A DNA stretch of 63,163 nt, counting the filler, from a bacterium (lineage in GTDB: Bacteria; JAMOTN01), in NCBI GenBank assembly GCA_027062325.1. It is 3 parts of 3 records of this genome, joined end to end, with 100 filler letters (N's around TTAATTAATTAA, not from the genome) between each part and the next. Parts side by side here need not be neighbours in the genome. Positions count along the whole stretch, not along the records: positions 23,215 to 45,915 come from JAMOTN010000066.1; positions 46,016 to 63,163 come from JAMOTN010000073.1; 1 more part is not named here. One strand, 5' to 3'. The position numbers and the translations under genes were made by a program. The notes beneath the pieces are model-generated. The model saw nothing but the letters and a program-made list of their open reading frames with translations. It had not been told where the DNA came from and did no database searches. Numbering within the stretch: the stretch's first letter is position 1; every line of letters starts with the position of its first letter. Below are positions 39,794 through 48,892 of the stretch, in pieces.

Positions 39794-40957
39794 CTACCAC
39801 GACTTCTCTTTACCCTTCAATATCCACCAAAAAGTCTTGATTGTGACAACAAAATCTAAAAGCAGCGAATAATTTTGAACATACGCCAAATCGTACAGCA
39901 ACTTCTCCTCAGGAGTTGCATCATACCCTGCCATAAGCTGCGCCAAACCTGTTAATCCAGGCTTTACTACATGACGCAACTTATAGTGAACTAATTCACC
40001 TTCAAACCTTTCAACAAACACAGGGCGCTCAGGACGAGGCCCAACAAAACTCATCTCCCCCCTCAAAATATTAATAAGCTGGGGCAACTCATCAACATGG
40101 TAACGTCTCAAATAACGTCCAATCCACGTAACGCGCGGATCATCTTTCTCTGCAAACTTAGGACCTGTATACTTTTCAGCATCAGGTCTCATAGTTCTAA
40201 ATTTTATAACATTGAATTTACGCCTGAACCTTCCAACTCGCTCCTGAGTAAAGAAAACAGATCCCCCCTCTAGCCAAACTAACAAAGCTGCAATTAGGGT
40301 GATAGGCAGACTCAATATCAATACAATTAGCGCCATAAATTTGTCAAACAGAGATTTTAACATCTCCTCAGAGTGAGATAAACCTATTTTTAAAAGAAAG
40401 TAATTCTTTTCCATATATCTTATTGGTAACTTTGATGGCAAAATCTTCTCTAATCCACCAACAGCTAAAGCTGGAATAAGAACTTGACTCACTCCACCCT
40501 CCGCTAGCGAATATACCCTATCAACAAATTTTGCCGTATCTTTTAGCTCTTCTTCTTTCAATACCACAAAAGTCTTATCAGTTGCATAAAGCTTTGAAAT
40601 ATAGAGGTAAGTAAACACTGTATCAAGTAAAATTGCCGACAATGTGAGATACCTTGAAAACAAAACCTTTAAAGCAAAAAAGTAATGCAACAATGCCGCT
40701 GCTGCCCACACAACAAGAATATACCCAATACACACCAGAATCTTGGATATAGGATTGGAAAGCTTTGTCTCAAAGTAAGAAAAGTAAAAAAACTTAACTA
40801 TAACAAGAAAAATTACAACGAATTCTGTTAACTCTTTATCAAGCAAAAGTTTGTAGGAAGTCAATTTGGCAATTAACCAAACCAATATAAAGGAAAGAGT
40901 AAGTGAGAGTGTGTGGATAAATAAAGCTTTAAATTCATATCCAACTATCCTCTTCAT
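39794..40957 (-). CDS. Polyprenyl-phosphate glycosylphosphotransferase (WcaJ/WbaP-family sugar transferase)
   Basis: KFRTM, DPRVT, DELPQLINILRGEMSFVGPRPER, KPGLTGLAQ. Confidence 0.92.
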   Translation of the reverse strand: MKRIVGYEFKALFIHTLSLTLSFILVWLIAKLTSYKLLLDKELTEFVVIFLVIVKFFYFSYFETKLSNPISKILVCIGYILVVWAAAALLHYFFALKVLFSRYLTLSAILLDTVFTYLYISKLYATDKTFVVLKEEELKDTAKFVDRVYSLAEGGVSQVLIPALAVGGLEKILPSKLPIRYMEKNYFLLKIGLSHSEEMLKSLFDKFMALIVLILSLPITLIAALLVWLEGGSVFFTQERVGRFRRKFNVIKFRTMRPDAEKYTGPKFAEKDDPRVTWIGRYLRRYHVDELPQLINILRGEMSFVGPRPERPVFVERFEGELVHYKLRHVVKPGLTGLAQLMAGYDATPEEKLLYDLAYVQNYSLLLDFVVTIKTFWWILKGKEKSW

Positions 40958-41031
40958 ACCAACCAGCTATCCTAACCTTAGTAAAAAATCTGGCATTTAG
41001 CTAAACAAAAAAATCAGCCCAAAATAAAAAG

Positions 41032-41115
41032 TGCTGGGGGCGGGAGTTGAACCCGCACGGGCGAAAGCCCACTGGATCCTTAGTCCAGCGCGTCTGCCAA
41101 TTCCGCCACCCCAGC
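41032..41115 (-). tRNA. tRNA-Leu(AAG), CCA not encoded
   Basis: Acceptor GCTGGGG/CCCCAGC, discriminator A, D loop with TTGGCA, anticodon arm CTGGA-CTAAGGA-TCCAG, variable arm GGGC-TTTC-GCCC, T loop GTTCAA. Confidence 0.95.
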
Positions 41116-41169
41116 ATTAAACTCCTCTTACCTAAGACTCCTATCTCTCTCCTACACCTTGGTATTTTA

Positions 41170-41198
41170 ATTTTATAAAACCTCCTGCCCTGTGTCAA
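41170..41198 (-). promoter_or_regulatory. Sigma-70 promoter of tRNA-Leu
   Basis: Minus strand TTGACA-17 nt-TAAAAT, 54 nt upstream of the tRNA. Confidence 0.8.
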
Positions 41199-41222
41199 CT
41201 CAACGTATTAACACATTCTCAC

Positions 41223-42287
41223 CTACTCAGCAGCCGCATTCAACCATTGATCAACATTATCAGGTTTGAACATATCCATTCTCTCAGTCGAAACCTTCAA
41301 ATCAAATTCTTCTGCTACTTTACTAAACACTTCTAAGGTTATACTCTTTTTATCCGGATATATGTAATACTTTCCACCATGCTCTGAGGACGTAAAGTTT
41401 TGCATAGCAACATTTGCACCACAACGCACCAACTCAACCAAAGCATCAAAACCATACCGCGTATAAACAGCAGTAGTAGCAGGAATCCCAGCCCAGGGAA
41501 CTGCTAAACGTGACAGTATCAACAACTTCATACACATCTCCAACATCCAATCCCAATCAGGTTCGTAATCCCCAAGAGGTGTTCCAGCAGCTGGTAAAAA
41601 TGGTCCATGAGCTATCATTTCAAATTTGTGTTCTGCTATCCAAAGAATTCCCCTAGCAAAGTCTTTCATATCTTGCCCAGGCAATCCGATTAGAAAACCG
41701 GTACCAGTCTGATAACCCAGCTTCTTCAAAATGAGTAGCGCCTCTTTTCTCGAAGGAACCCCTTCAAACTCTGGATGATAATGCTTGAATAACTCATCAT
41801 CAAAAGTCTCAAATTTCAAAAGATAACGATCTGCTCCTGCTACCTTCCAAGCCTTGTAAGTATCTTCTGTCTGCTCTCCCAACGATAAGGTTATAGCTAT
41901 ATCTGGACGTCTTTTTCGAATTTCTCTTAATATATTAGCAACCCTATCACACGTAAGCCACGAATCTTCAGCTGCCTGAATAACTGCCGTACTATATGGA
42001 GACCTTACAACTACTTCAATAATCTTATCTTCAGAAAATCGGAATCTTTCCAAGCTTTTGTTATCCCTTCTCATTCCACAGTAGTAACAGTTTCTACGAC
42101 ACACATTGCTGATTTCCAAAAGAGCTCGTATAGCTATCTTGCCATTCCAAACTTTCTTCATAAATTCAAAAGCCTTTTTTCTTAATCTCTTCCATTCTCC
42201 AGAACTTATTGGTAAACTCAAAAGAGAAGCAAGTTCATTCACATCTGTTGGAACAGTCTCATCAAAAAAAAGTCTCACTTTTACCAC
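41223..42287 (-). CDS. hydE: [FeFe]-hydrogenase H-cluster radical SAM maturase HydE
   Basis: RALLEISNVCRRNCYYCG, GADRYLLKFET, PATTA, GANV..NFT...YYIYPDK; near hydA. Confidence 0.85.
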   Translation of the reverse strand: MVKVRLFFDETVPTDVNELASLLSLPISSGEWKRLRKKAFEFMKKVWNGKIAIRALLEISNVCRRNCYYCGMRRDNKSLERFRFSEDKIIEVVVRSPYSTAVIQAAEDSWLTCDRVANILREIRKRRPDIAITLSLGEQTEDTYKAWKVAGADRYLLKFETFDDELFKHYHPEFEGVPSRKEALLILKKLGYQTGTGFLIGLPGQDMKDFARGILWIAEHKFEMIAHGPFLPAAGTPLGDYEPDWDWMLEMCMKLLILSRLAVPWAGIPATTAVYTRYGFDALVELVRCGANVAMQNFTSSEHGGKYYIYPDKKSITLEVFSKVAEEFDLKVSTERMDMFKPDNVDQWLNAAAE

Positions 42288-42439
42288 CTCTACAAAATTG
42301 GGTTATCTAAAAAGTGAGCAATTATAATTATTTTATCAATCTTAACTAAATTTTCTCAAACAAACATAAATCACTTTTCAATTAGAAATTGGAAGATAGA
42401 GAAACAAAGCTTTTATATATTAATCAGGAGTTGAGTGGC

Positions 42440-43261
42440 ATGTCTATAAAAGAACCCATAAATTCTCTAGAATTGAAACTAGCAAACATACACATAGATA
42501 ACCTAGAAATTCCATCTTTTCAAAGAAAAGTCTCAAATTACCTTGTAAAAATTATTAAAAACTCTATTGAAAACTTAGGCTTCATAGTTCCTATAATAGT
42601 CACCGAAGACAACGGTAAATTTACTGTTATTGATGGGCAACACAGAGTCCTCGCTATAAAAAAGTATTTCTCAGATGTAAAAAAAATCCCTGCAATCATA
42701 GTTCCAAAATCTCTAAAATACAAGCTCCACTACTTAAACACACACATAAAACCCAATCTAAAAATTGCCGCATTACAACAGTTGAAAATATATTTGTATT
42801 TTGCAAAATCTTTGCCAGAGAGAGAGGAGATAAATCTTGCTAGCACTATAAATCCAGCTCTTGTAACACTTGGCATGGCATTAAAAATCGAAGATTCATT
42901 AAAAGCAAGCTTAATTTTTCCTTCTCTAAAGAAACTTGACCTGCTGCTTCCCATCTCTATAAAAGAGGCTAATCAGTTGCGACAAAAAAACGCAAAGCTG
43001 GTTGTAGAAACCTACAAGAAAGTTTGGAACAGCATTGAAAACAAATCAATAATCTTAACAAACGCAGACTACGCAGCAAAGAGCAAAAAAACTTTCGATA
43101 AACCCGCTGACATTTTTAAAACCGTTAAAAAAATCTTTCTCTCAAGTGCAACCTCAGTGGTAGAGAAGTTGAAGGAACAAAACCTGCCCAGCTTAAACGA
43201 GGGCTTTCTGTTGCGTTTTAAACTTTGGTCTCAAGAAGCCATTAGACGCTCTCAACTCTAA
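42440..43261 (+). CDS. ParB/Srx N-terminal domain protein
   Basis: FQR...SIENLGFIVPIIV...VIDGQHRVLA...IPAIIV...N. Confidence 0.75.
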   Translation: MSIKEPINSLELKLANIHIDNLEIPSFQRKVSNYLVKIIKNSIENLGFIVPIIVTEDNGKFTVIDGQHRVLAIKKYFSDVKKIPAIIVPKSLKYKLHYLNTHIKPNLKIAALQQLKIYLYFAKSLPEREEINLASTINPALVTLGMALKIEDSLKASLIFPSLKKLDLLLPISIKEANQLRQKNAKLVVETYKKVWNSIENKSIILTNADYAAKSKKTFDKPADIFKTVKKIFLSSATSVVEKLKEQNLPSLNEGFLLRFKLWSQEAIRRSQL

Positions 43262-43312
43262 AACATTTCAATCACATAATTTCTATAACTACCTTACAAC
43301 AAATTAACAAAA

Positions 43313-43344
43313 AGCGGCTGCCTGCTAACTCGCAAGCAGCCGCT
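43313..43344. terminator. Terminator hairpin between the convergent ParB-like gene and hydA
   Basis: AGCGGCTGCCTGC-TAACTC-GCAAGCAGCCGCT; an A-run on the left gives a U-tail for the minus-strand transcript. Confidence 0.8.
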
Positions 43345-43363
43345 AAATAAAACTTAATTTCTA

Positions 43364-45124
43364 TCAGCTATCCGTTTCCATTCTATACTTAGGTTTAACG
43401 CTATAATGAGTATGCAATAGCTTATGAGCTTTCTCTGAATAAGGTTTTCCTAAAAATTCATCATACAACTTCTTAACTTGTGAATTTTCATGCGATTTCT
43501 TCTTAGCAGCCATCTGATCTTCTTTGTAAATTGCCTCTGCTCTTTTCTTCCTAATCTCTTCATTAGTAGGAATTGGCTGTCCACCACCACCTAAACATCC
43601 GCCCGGACAAGCCATGACTTCCAAGAACACAATATCCTCTACTTCAGGATCCTTATTCTTTATTCTATTTAACAACTCATCTGCTGCTCCCAGCGTATTA
43701 GCTACTGCCACTTTAACCTTTTTACCTTCCAACTCTATTTCTGCTACCCTTATACCTTCAAATCCTCTCACATCTTTAAACTCAACATCAGTCAATTTCT
43801 TACCCGTTAAAAATTCATAAGCACTTCTCAAAGCTGCCTCCATAACTCCACCTGTCACACCAAATATTGCAGCTGCTCCAGTGGACTCAGCTAATGGCGA
43901 ATCAAATTCATCTTCTGGTAAAGACATCATGTCTATATTTGCCTGCTTAATCATTCTTGCAACTTCACGTGTAGTAAGAACATAATCTACATTCTTCAAA
44001 CCATTGGTTCTAAGTTCTGGCCTTTCAATTTCCATTTTCTTTGCAGTACACGGCATAATACTCACTACAACAATTTTTTCCGGATCTATACCCATCTTTT
44101 CCGCAAAATAAGTTTTACTTATAACTCCAACCATCTGTTGAGGACTCATCGCAGTTGAGAAGTTATCTATCATATCTGGATGATACTCCTCTACAAATCT
44201 AACCCATGCAGGACAACAAGATGTAAATACTGGGAATGGTCCATTTCCATCTTTTATTCTTTTTACCACTTCACTGGCTTCCTCCATTATCGTTAAATCC
44301 GCTCCAAACTGTGTGTCAAATACGTAATCAAATCCAAGCATTTTCAAAGCTCTCACCATTTTCCCCGTCACAATTTCTCCCGGCTGAAAGCCAAATTCCT
44401 CTCCTATGGCAACTCTGACAGCCGGTGCTGTCTGCACTATTACCACCTTTTCAGGATCATCCAAAACCCTCCAAACTTCCTCCGTTACATCTTTTTCGTA
44501 TATCGCTCCAACGGGACAAGCTATTATACATTGACCACATCCAACACACGGTGAATCTGCTAATTTCAGTTCAAATGGAGGAGCTACCTTTGTACTACTA
44601 CCTCTTCCAGATTTACCAAGTGTAAATACCTTCTGCATAACACTACATACTGCTTCACAACGACCACATAGTATACACTTACTAGGATCCCTTACTATGG
44701 CATCCGAAGTATTATCTCTCTCTTTTTCTCTAACCTGAACAGGAAAGGGCAATTCTTGATCTAAATTATACAGATTACACAACCTTAACAAATCACAATT
44801 TTGATTTCTAACACAAGAAGTACAACTTTGACTGTGGGCACCTAATAAAAGAGACAAAACAAATCTTCTTATTTCTCTAATACGCGGCGTATTTGTCCTA
44901 ACTATCATTCCCTCTCTAACAGGAGTTGAACAAGATGGAACAGGATCTTTCATTCCTTCAACTTCCACAACACATATTCTACAAGCACCTATCTTTTCCT
45001 TTATCTCTGGATGATAACAAAAAATAGGAATGTTGATTCCCACTTTTTTAGCCGCTTCATAAATTGTAGAACCTTCAGGCACTTCCACTTTTATCCCATC
45101 TATGGTAAGAGTAACCATACTCAT
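43364..45124 (-). CDS. hydA: Group A [FeFe]-hydrogenase catalytic subunit (HydA/HndD type)
   Basis: H-cluster motifs FTSCCPAW, MPCTAKKME, EVMACPGGCLGGGG; N-terminal 2Fe-2S, His-ligated 4Fe-4S and 2x4Fe-4S domains. Confidence 0.96.
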   Translation of the reverse strand: MSMVTLTIDGIKVEVPEGSTIYEAAKKVGINIPIFCYHPEIKEKIGACRICVVEVEGMKDPVPSCSTPVREGMIVRTNTPRIREIRRFVLSLLLGAHSQSCTSCVRNQNCDLLRLCNLYNLDQELPFPVQVREKERDNTSDAIVRDPSKCILCGRCEAVCSVMQKVFTLGKSGRGSSTKVAPPFELKLADSPCVGCGQCIIACPVGAIYEKDVTEEVWRVLDDPEKVVIVQTAPAVRVAIGEEFGFQPGEIVTGKMVRALKMLGFDYVFDTQFGADLTIMEEASEVVKRIKDGNGPFPVFTSCCPAWVRFVEEYHPDMIDNFSTAMSPQQMVGVISKTYFAEKMGIDPEKIVVVSIMPCTAKKMEIERPELRTNGLKNVDYVLTTREVARMIKQANIDMMSLPEDEFDSPLAESTGAAAIFGVTGGVMEAALRSAYEFLTGKKLTDVEFKDVRGFEGIRVAEIELEGKKVKVAVANTLGAADELLNRIKNKDPEVEDIVFLEVMACPGGCLGGGGQPIPTNEEIRKKRAEAIYKEDQMAAKKKSHENSQVKKLYDEFLGKPYSEKAHKLLHTHYSVKPKYRMETDS

Positions 45125-45913
45125 TTATTCCACCCCCTTAATCTTAATAGCACCAAAGCGACAATTCCGCATACAACATCCACAACTTATACACTTTTCT
45201 TCATCAATCTTGAATACATTTCCCTCTTTAGAAATTGCACCAACCGGGCATATTCTTGCACACAAAGAGCAACCACGACAAAGATCTGGGTCGATATAGT
45301 AAACAACAAGTGCCTTACAAACTCCTGCTGGGCAAACTTTATCTTTAATATGAGCTTCATATTCATCTCTAAAATAACGCAATGTTGATAAAACAGGAGA
45401 AGGGGCAGTTTTACCCAAACCACACAGTGAAGCCTGGGCTACATTTCTTCCCAACCACTCTAATGTATCTAAATCCTTTTCTGTAGCCTTCCCCTCAGTA
45501 ATTTTTTCCAAAATTTCCAACATCCTCTTAGTTCCTTCTCTGCAAGGCACACACTTTCCACAAGATTCAGCTTGAGTAAACGTTAAGAAATATCTTGCCA
45601 CATCTACCATACAGGTTGACTCATCCATCACCACCATTCCACCTGATCCCATTATTGCCCCTGCAGAAGTTAAAGATTCATAATCTACAGGAGTATCTAC
45701 CAAATGATACGGTATGCAACCTCCACTTGGCCCACCTATCTGAACTGCTTTGAATTTGGCATCATTGGCTATACCGCCACCAACTTCAAAGATAACTTCC
45801 CGTAAAGTAATTCCCATGGGAACCTCTATTAATCCGGTCCGCCTTATCTTACCAGCTAAAGCAAAAACCTTAGTTCCTTTACTCTTTTCTGTACCAAATT
45901 GGGCATACCAATC
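45125..45913 (-). CDS. hydB: NuoF-like NADH-binding hydrogenase subunit (HydB/HndC), 5' truncated by the gap
   Basis: Frame open to the gap (GTKVFALAG...EVPMG); [25 protein letters not shown]-terminal 2x4Fe-4S. Confidence 0.92.
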   Translation of the reverse strand, partial: DWYAQFGTEKSKGTKVFALAGKIRRTGLIEVPMGITLREVIFEVGGGIANDAKFKAVQIGGPSGGCIPYHLVDTPVDYESLTSAGAIMGSGGMVVMDESTCMVDVARYFLTFTQAESCGKCVPCREGTKRMLEILEKITEGKATEKDLDTLEWLGRNVAQASLCGLGKTAPSPVLSTLRYFRDEYEAHIKDKVCPAGVCKALVVYYIDPDLCRGCSLCARICPVGAISKEGNVFKIDEEKCISCGCCMRNCRFGAIKIKGVE

Positions 45914-45915
45914 TC

Positions 45916-46015
45916 NNNNNNNNNNNNNNNNNNNNNNNNNNNNNNNNNNNNNNNNNNNNTTAATTAATTAANNNNNNNNNNNNNNNNNNNNNNNNNNNNN
46001 NNNNNNNNNNNNNNN
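45916..46015. other. Artificial contig spacer
   Basis: N44-TTAATTAATTAA-N44, identical to the first spacer. Confidence 0.97.
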
Positions 46016-47123
46016 GTTGCTTAGTCGTCTTTCTATTGTTTATCTCAGAAGGGGAAAAAGATTTACTAACGACTAAAAAAGCCTTCCAAGCCTCATCCTC
46101 ATAAGAATTGGCTCCCCAACCAGCACGCAAATTTACAGATAACTTGTCATTTCCAGAAGTAGAAAGAATAGACAACTTTTCTATGTCCTTTTGAATACTC
46201 AATACAGAATAGAATCTACGGCACACAGGCGTATTTATGTCTAAATTCATCTTCTTAATAAATTTTTTCAATTTTTCTTGATATTTCAGCAATTGAGAAA
46301 AAGTTAAATGTTCTAGACTAATTAATGGCAATTTTAAAGCTTTTAAATTATTTTTAACCGAACGTAAATTGTAGTTATTTTCCTTTACCTCTGCTTGTGT
46401 TTTGGAAAGCTCAGCTAATACCTCCAAAAGACTTGTTTTTGTGGTCTTGCCAGTGTTGAGTAGGGCTTCAGTTACTTTTTTCAACTCTTTCAAAAGTTTT
46501 ATTTTTTCCTGCAAAACTTCCTTTTGTTTTAACAACACAGCATAAGACACAGAGAGTTTTATTGCTTGGAAAAGCGCATCCCACTTTGCCTGAGTAAACA
46601 ACAACTTTTGCTTCTCAACTTCGCGCCGGGCTGCCTCAACCGCATTTTTTATATTTACGTTAATAATCGGCACGTTGTAAAAAACCTGACGCGTCACAAA
46701 GTCTTTATGAGCCGGAAACGGCATTTTTGGATTGATTGTGAATTCTTTTGCCATCGCATCTTCGCTTTGTCTTACCACTGTTAAAGAAAGCGTTAAAGAA
46801 CCAGAACGATTAGATTTCGCTGCTTTGAACTGCTGTAAGGCCACTTTGTAGGACTGCTCAGCCTTTTTCACAAGTAAGGATTCCGTAATCTTATTCCATA
46901 AATTTTTATAAGAAATCTTCTCAGATTTTAGCGCTTTTTTTATGTTAGAATTTTCTTTTGAAGAAGAAAGGGAATTAGCTTCAGAAATTGGCAGTTTTTC
47001 TATCAATCGTGAAATCTTATCCTTATGTATAGCCAATTCTTCTGCCTTTGATGATTTTGCAAAGGTTACAATTGACATACACAAGATAAACATTAAAAAC
47101 AGCAAAGAGCTCAAAGTTCTCAT
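46016..47123 (-). CDS. TolC-family outer membrane efflux protein, 3' truncated by the gap
   Basis: Signal peptide; long coiled helices alternating with beta strands; LLNTGKTTKTSLLEV resembles the TolC repeat motif. Confidence 0.65.
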
Positions 47124-47173
47124 ATATCTACACCTTCCCTGTAAAACTTACATTCAAGCTTTATTCTTTGAAA

Positions 47174-47202
47174 AGGTTAGCAAACGAACGTTCGTTTGTC
47201 AA
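47174..47202 (-). promoter_or_regulatory. Sigma-70 promoter of the TolC gene with an embedded 18-bp palindromic operator
   Basis: Minus strand TTGACA-17 nt-TAACCT; perfect palindrome CAAACGAACGTTCGTTTG at 47181-47198. Confidence 0.8.
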
Positions 47203-47621
47203 GGGTTATTCATAACAGGTGAATATTGCTGGCAGAAGACAGGAGTAGTATTGGTTATTTGCTGCAACGATAGAATTTTTGCATTTTCTTACAAATTTGT
47301 TAATAGTTCTGTTAGTTAAAGGTTTTATTTTTCATAGTGGAGTGTAAAGATTGGAAAAATTGACATAAAAATTTTATCAAAAATTTCCTTAGTTTTACTT
47401 GCACTTTACGTAATATCTCATAAGCATATTCTGCACAATTCCAAATTTGATTTTCGAAAGATAAAAGTTTGTCTTCATATGAAATTTTCATCTGCATTAG
47501 GCATTGTGATAACACTTCGTCCGCTTACAATTTTGATTTTGTCCGCAGCTTTATTTCTGCAATATTAATATCGATCTGGGGGATTGTACCGATGACTACA
47601 AGATTAAGGGACTAATATGAA

Positions 47622-48479
47622 TCACAACAAATTAAAACAGTTAAGAGCATTTTGATTAGTAAAAGCTGCAACTGTCTCTAAATCTGTTTGCTTTATTTCT
47701 GCAATTTTTTGAACTATTAAAGGCAAGAAAAGTGGGGAATTTACATATCCTCTGTAAGGAGTTGGTGCAAGGTAGGGTGAGTCTGTCTCCAGTAAGATTC
47801 GATCTAAAGGTAAATACTTTACAACTTCTCTTAGTGTGGTAGCGTTTTTAAAAGTTACCACTCCCCCTATTCCAAAATAACAATCAAATTTTTCTAAAAA
47901 CCTCTTAGCCATTGCAACATTCGAAGAATAACAGTGCAGTACAATTTTTTTTAAATTTGAAAAAGAGGTTAGTATTGAAAATGCATCTTCATAGGCTAAC
48001 TGTTCTCTCAAGTGCAAGATTAGAGTTTTTTCGGCTTTCGTGGCTACATTTACCATTGCTTCAAAAGTTTTTTTTTGAATCTGGGGTTCGGAGAAATTGT
48101 AATAGTAGTCCAAACCAACCTCTCCGATGGCTACACATCCTTCAGTAGATGCTGCAGATAGCAAGGTGGATAAAAGAGATGTTTTATACTCCTTTGCATC
48201 ATGAGGATGTATGCCAATTGCCCAAAAAATTTCAAGTTTTGGGCTAATATTTGATGCTAGAGTTTTTATTTTTGCAATCGAACTCACTGATTGCATGTTA
48301 ACAGCTGGTATTAACACTTTGAAATGATTTTCTTCTAGAACTGTCAACAATTTGGAAAAATCAGGATCCTCTGCAATTCTTGGATCATCTAAATGGGCAT
48401 GTGTGTCAAAGTAGGGCAAACGTTGTAGGTTGACTTTATTATTCCAATACTCTAAGGATATCCTCAATCCTCCTCTCAA
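47622..48479 (-). CDS. tatD: TatD family deoxyribonuclease
   Basis: DTHAHL, GIHPH, IGEVGLDY, LHCYS, LLETDSPYLAP. Confidence 0.93.
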   Translation of the reverse strand: MRGGLRISLEYWNNKVNLQRLPYFDTHAHLDDPRIAEDPDFSKLLTVLEENHFKVLIPAVNMQSVSSIAKIKTLASNISPKLEIFWAIGIHPHDAKEYKTSLLSTLLSAASTEGCVAIGEVGLDYYYNFSEPQIQKKTFEAMVNVATKAEKTLILHLREQLAYEDAFSILTSFSNLKKIVLHCYSSNVAMAKRFLEKFDCYFGIGGVVTFKNATTLREVVKYLPLDRILLETDSPYLAPTPYRGYVNSPLFLPLIVQKIAEIKQTDLETVAAFTNQNALNCFNLL

Positions 48480-48892
48480 GCTTCATCGCTCTCCTTACCA
48501 CTAAGAAAGTAGTCAACTATGCACAAAACTAAAGATGCAACTACAACTAGTATACTAAAAAATACGGCTCCACTTGCTGTGTCCTTGGCAAATTTTGCTT
48601 TTGGATTATAAGCCGGTTCTGCTAGATCAGTTACTGCCTCTAACGAGGAGTTTATTAACTCTGTAGATAATAAGTTGGCAATCGACATGAATAATATTAC
48701 TTTATAAGCGAATCTTACGTGCTTTACCAAAAGTACAAAAATCAGAGTTGGAATACTTAAAGCTAACTCTATCTGAAAAGCTCTTTCTCTTCTTGCAGCG
48801 GCAACCACCCCTTCAAAAGCCCATTGGGCATTTTTAAAAAAGTTGTAGTGTTTAGATTTAGGCATAGGCACACTCCTTCCCCACAAACTCAA
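48476..48892 (-). CDS. dgkA: Diacylglycerol kinase (DgkA family)
   Basis: ERAFQIE, ELINSSLEAVTD, AKDTASGAV. Confidence 0.9.
   Translation of the reverse strand: MSLWGRSVPMPKSKHYNFFKNAQWAFEGVVAAARRERAFQIELALSIPTLIFVLLVKHVRFAYKVILFMSIANLLSTELINSSLEAVTDLAEPAYNPKAKFAKDTASGAVFFSILVVVASLVLCIVDYFLSGKESDEA

Noticed and set aside
41001-41198. 65-aa ORF from the track
   Set aside because: Translation of the tRNA-Leu gene and its promoter.
42440-43261. Dnd phosphorothioation system
   Set aside because: DGQHR motif only; no dndA/C/D/E genes nearby.
47203-47621. Short ORFs between tolC and tatD (47312-47515 minus; 46942-47319 plus)
   Set aside because: No RBS or recognisable motif; the plus ORF is a shadow of tolC. 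A small gene cannot be excluded.
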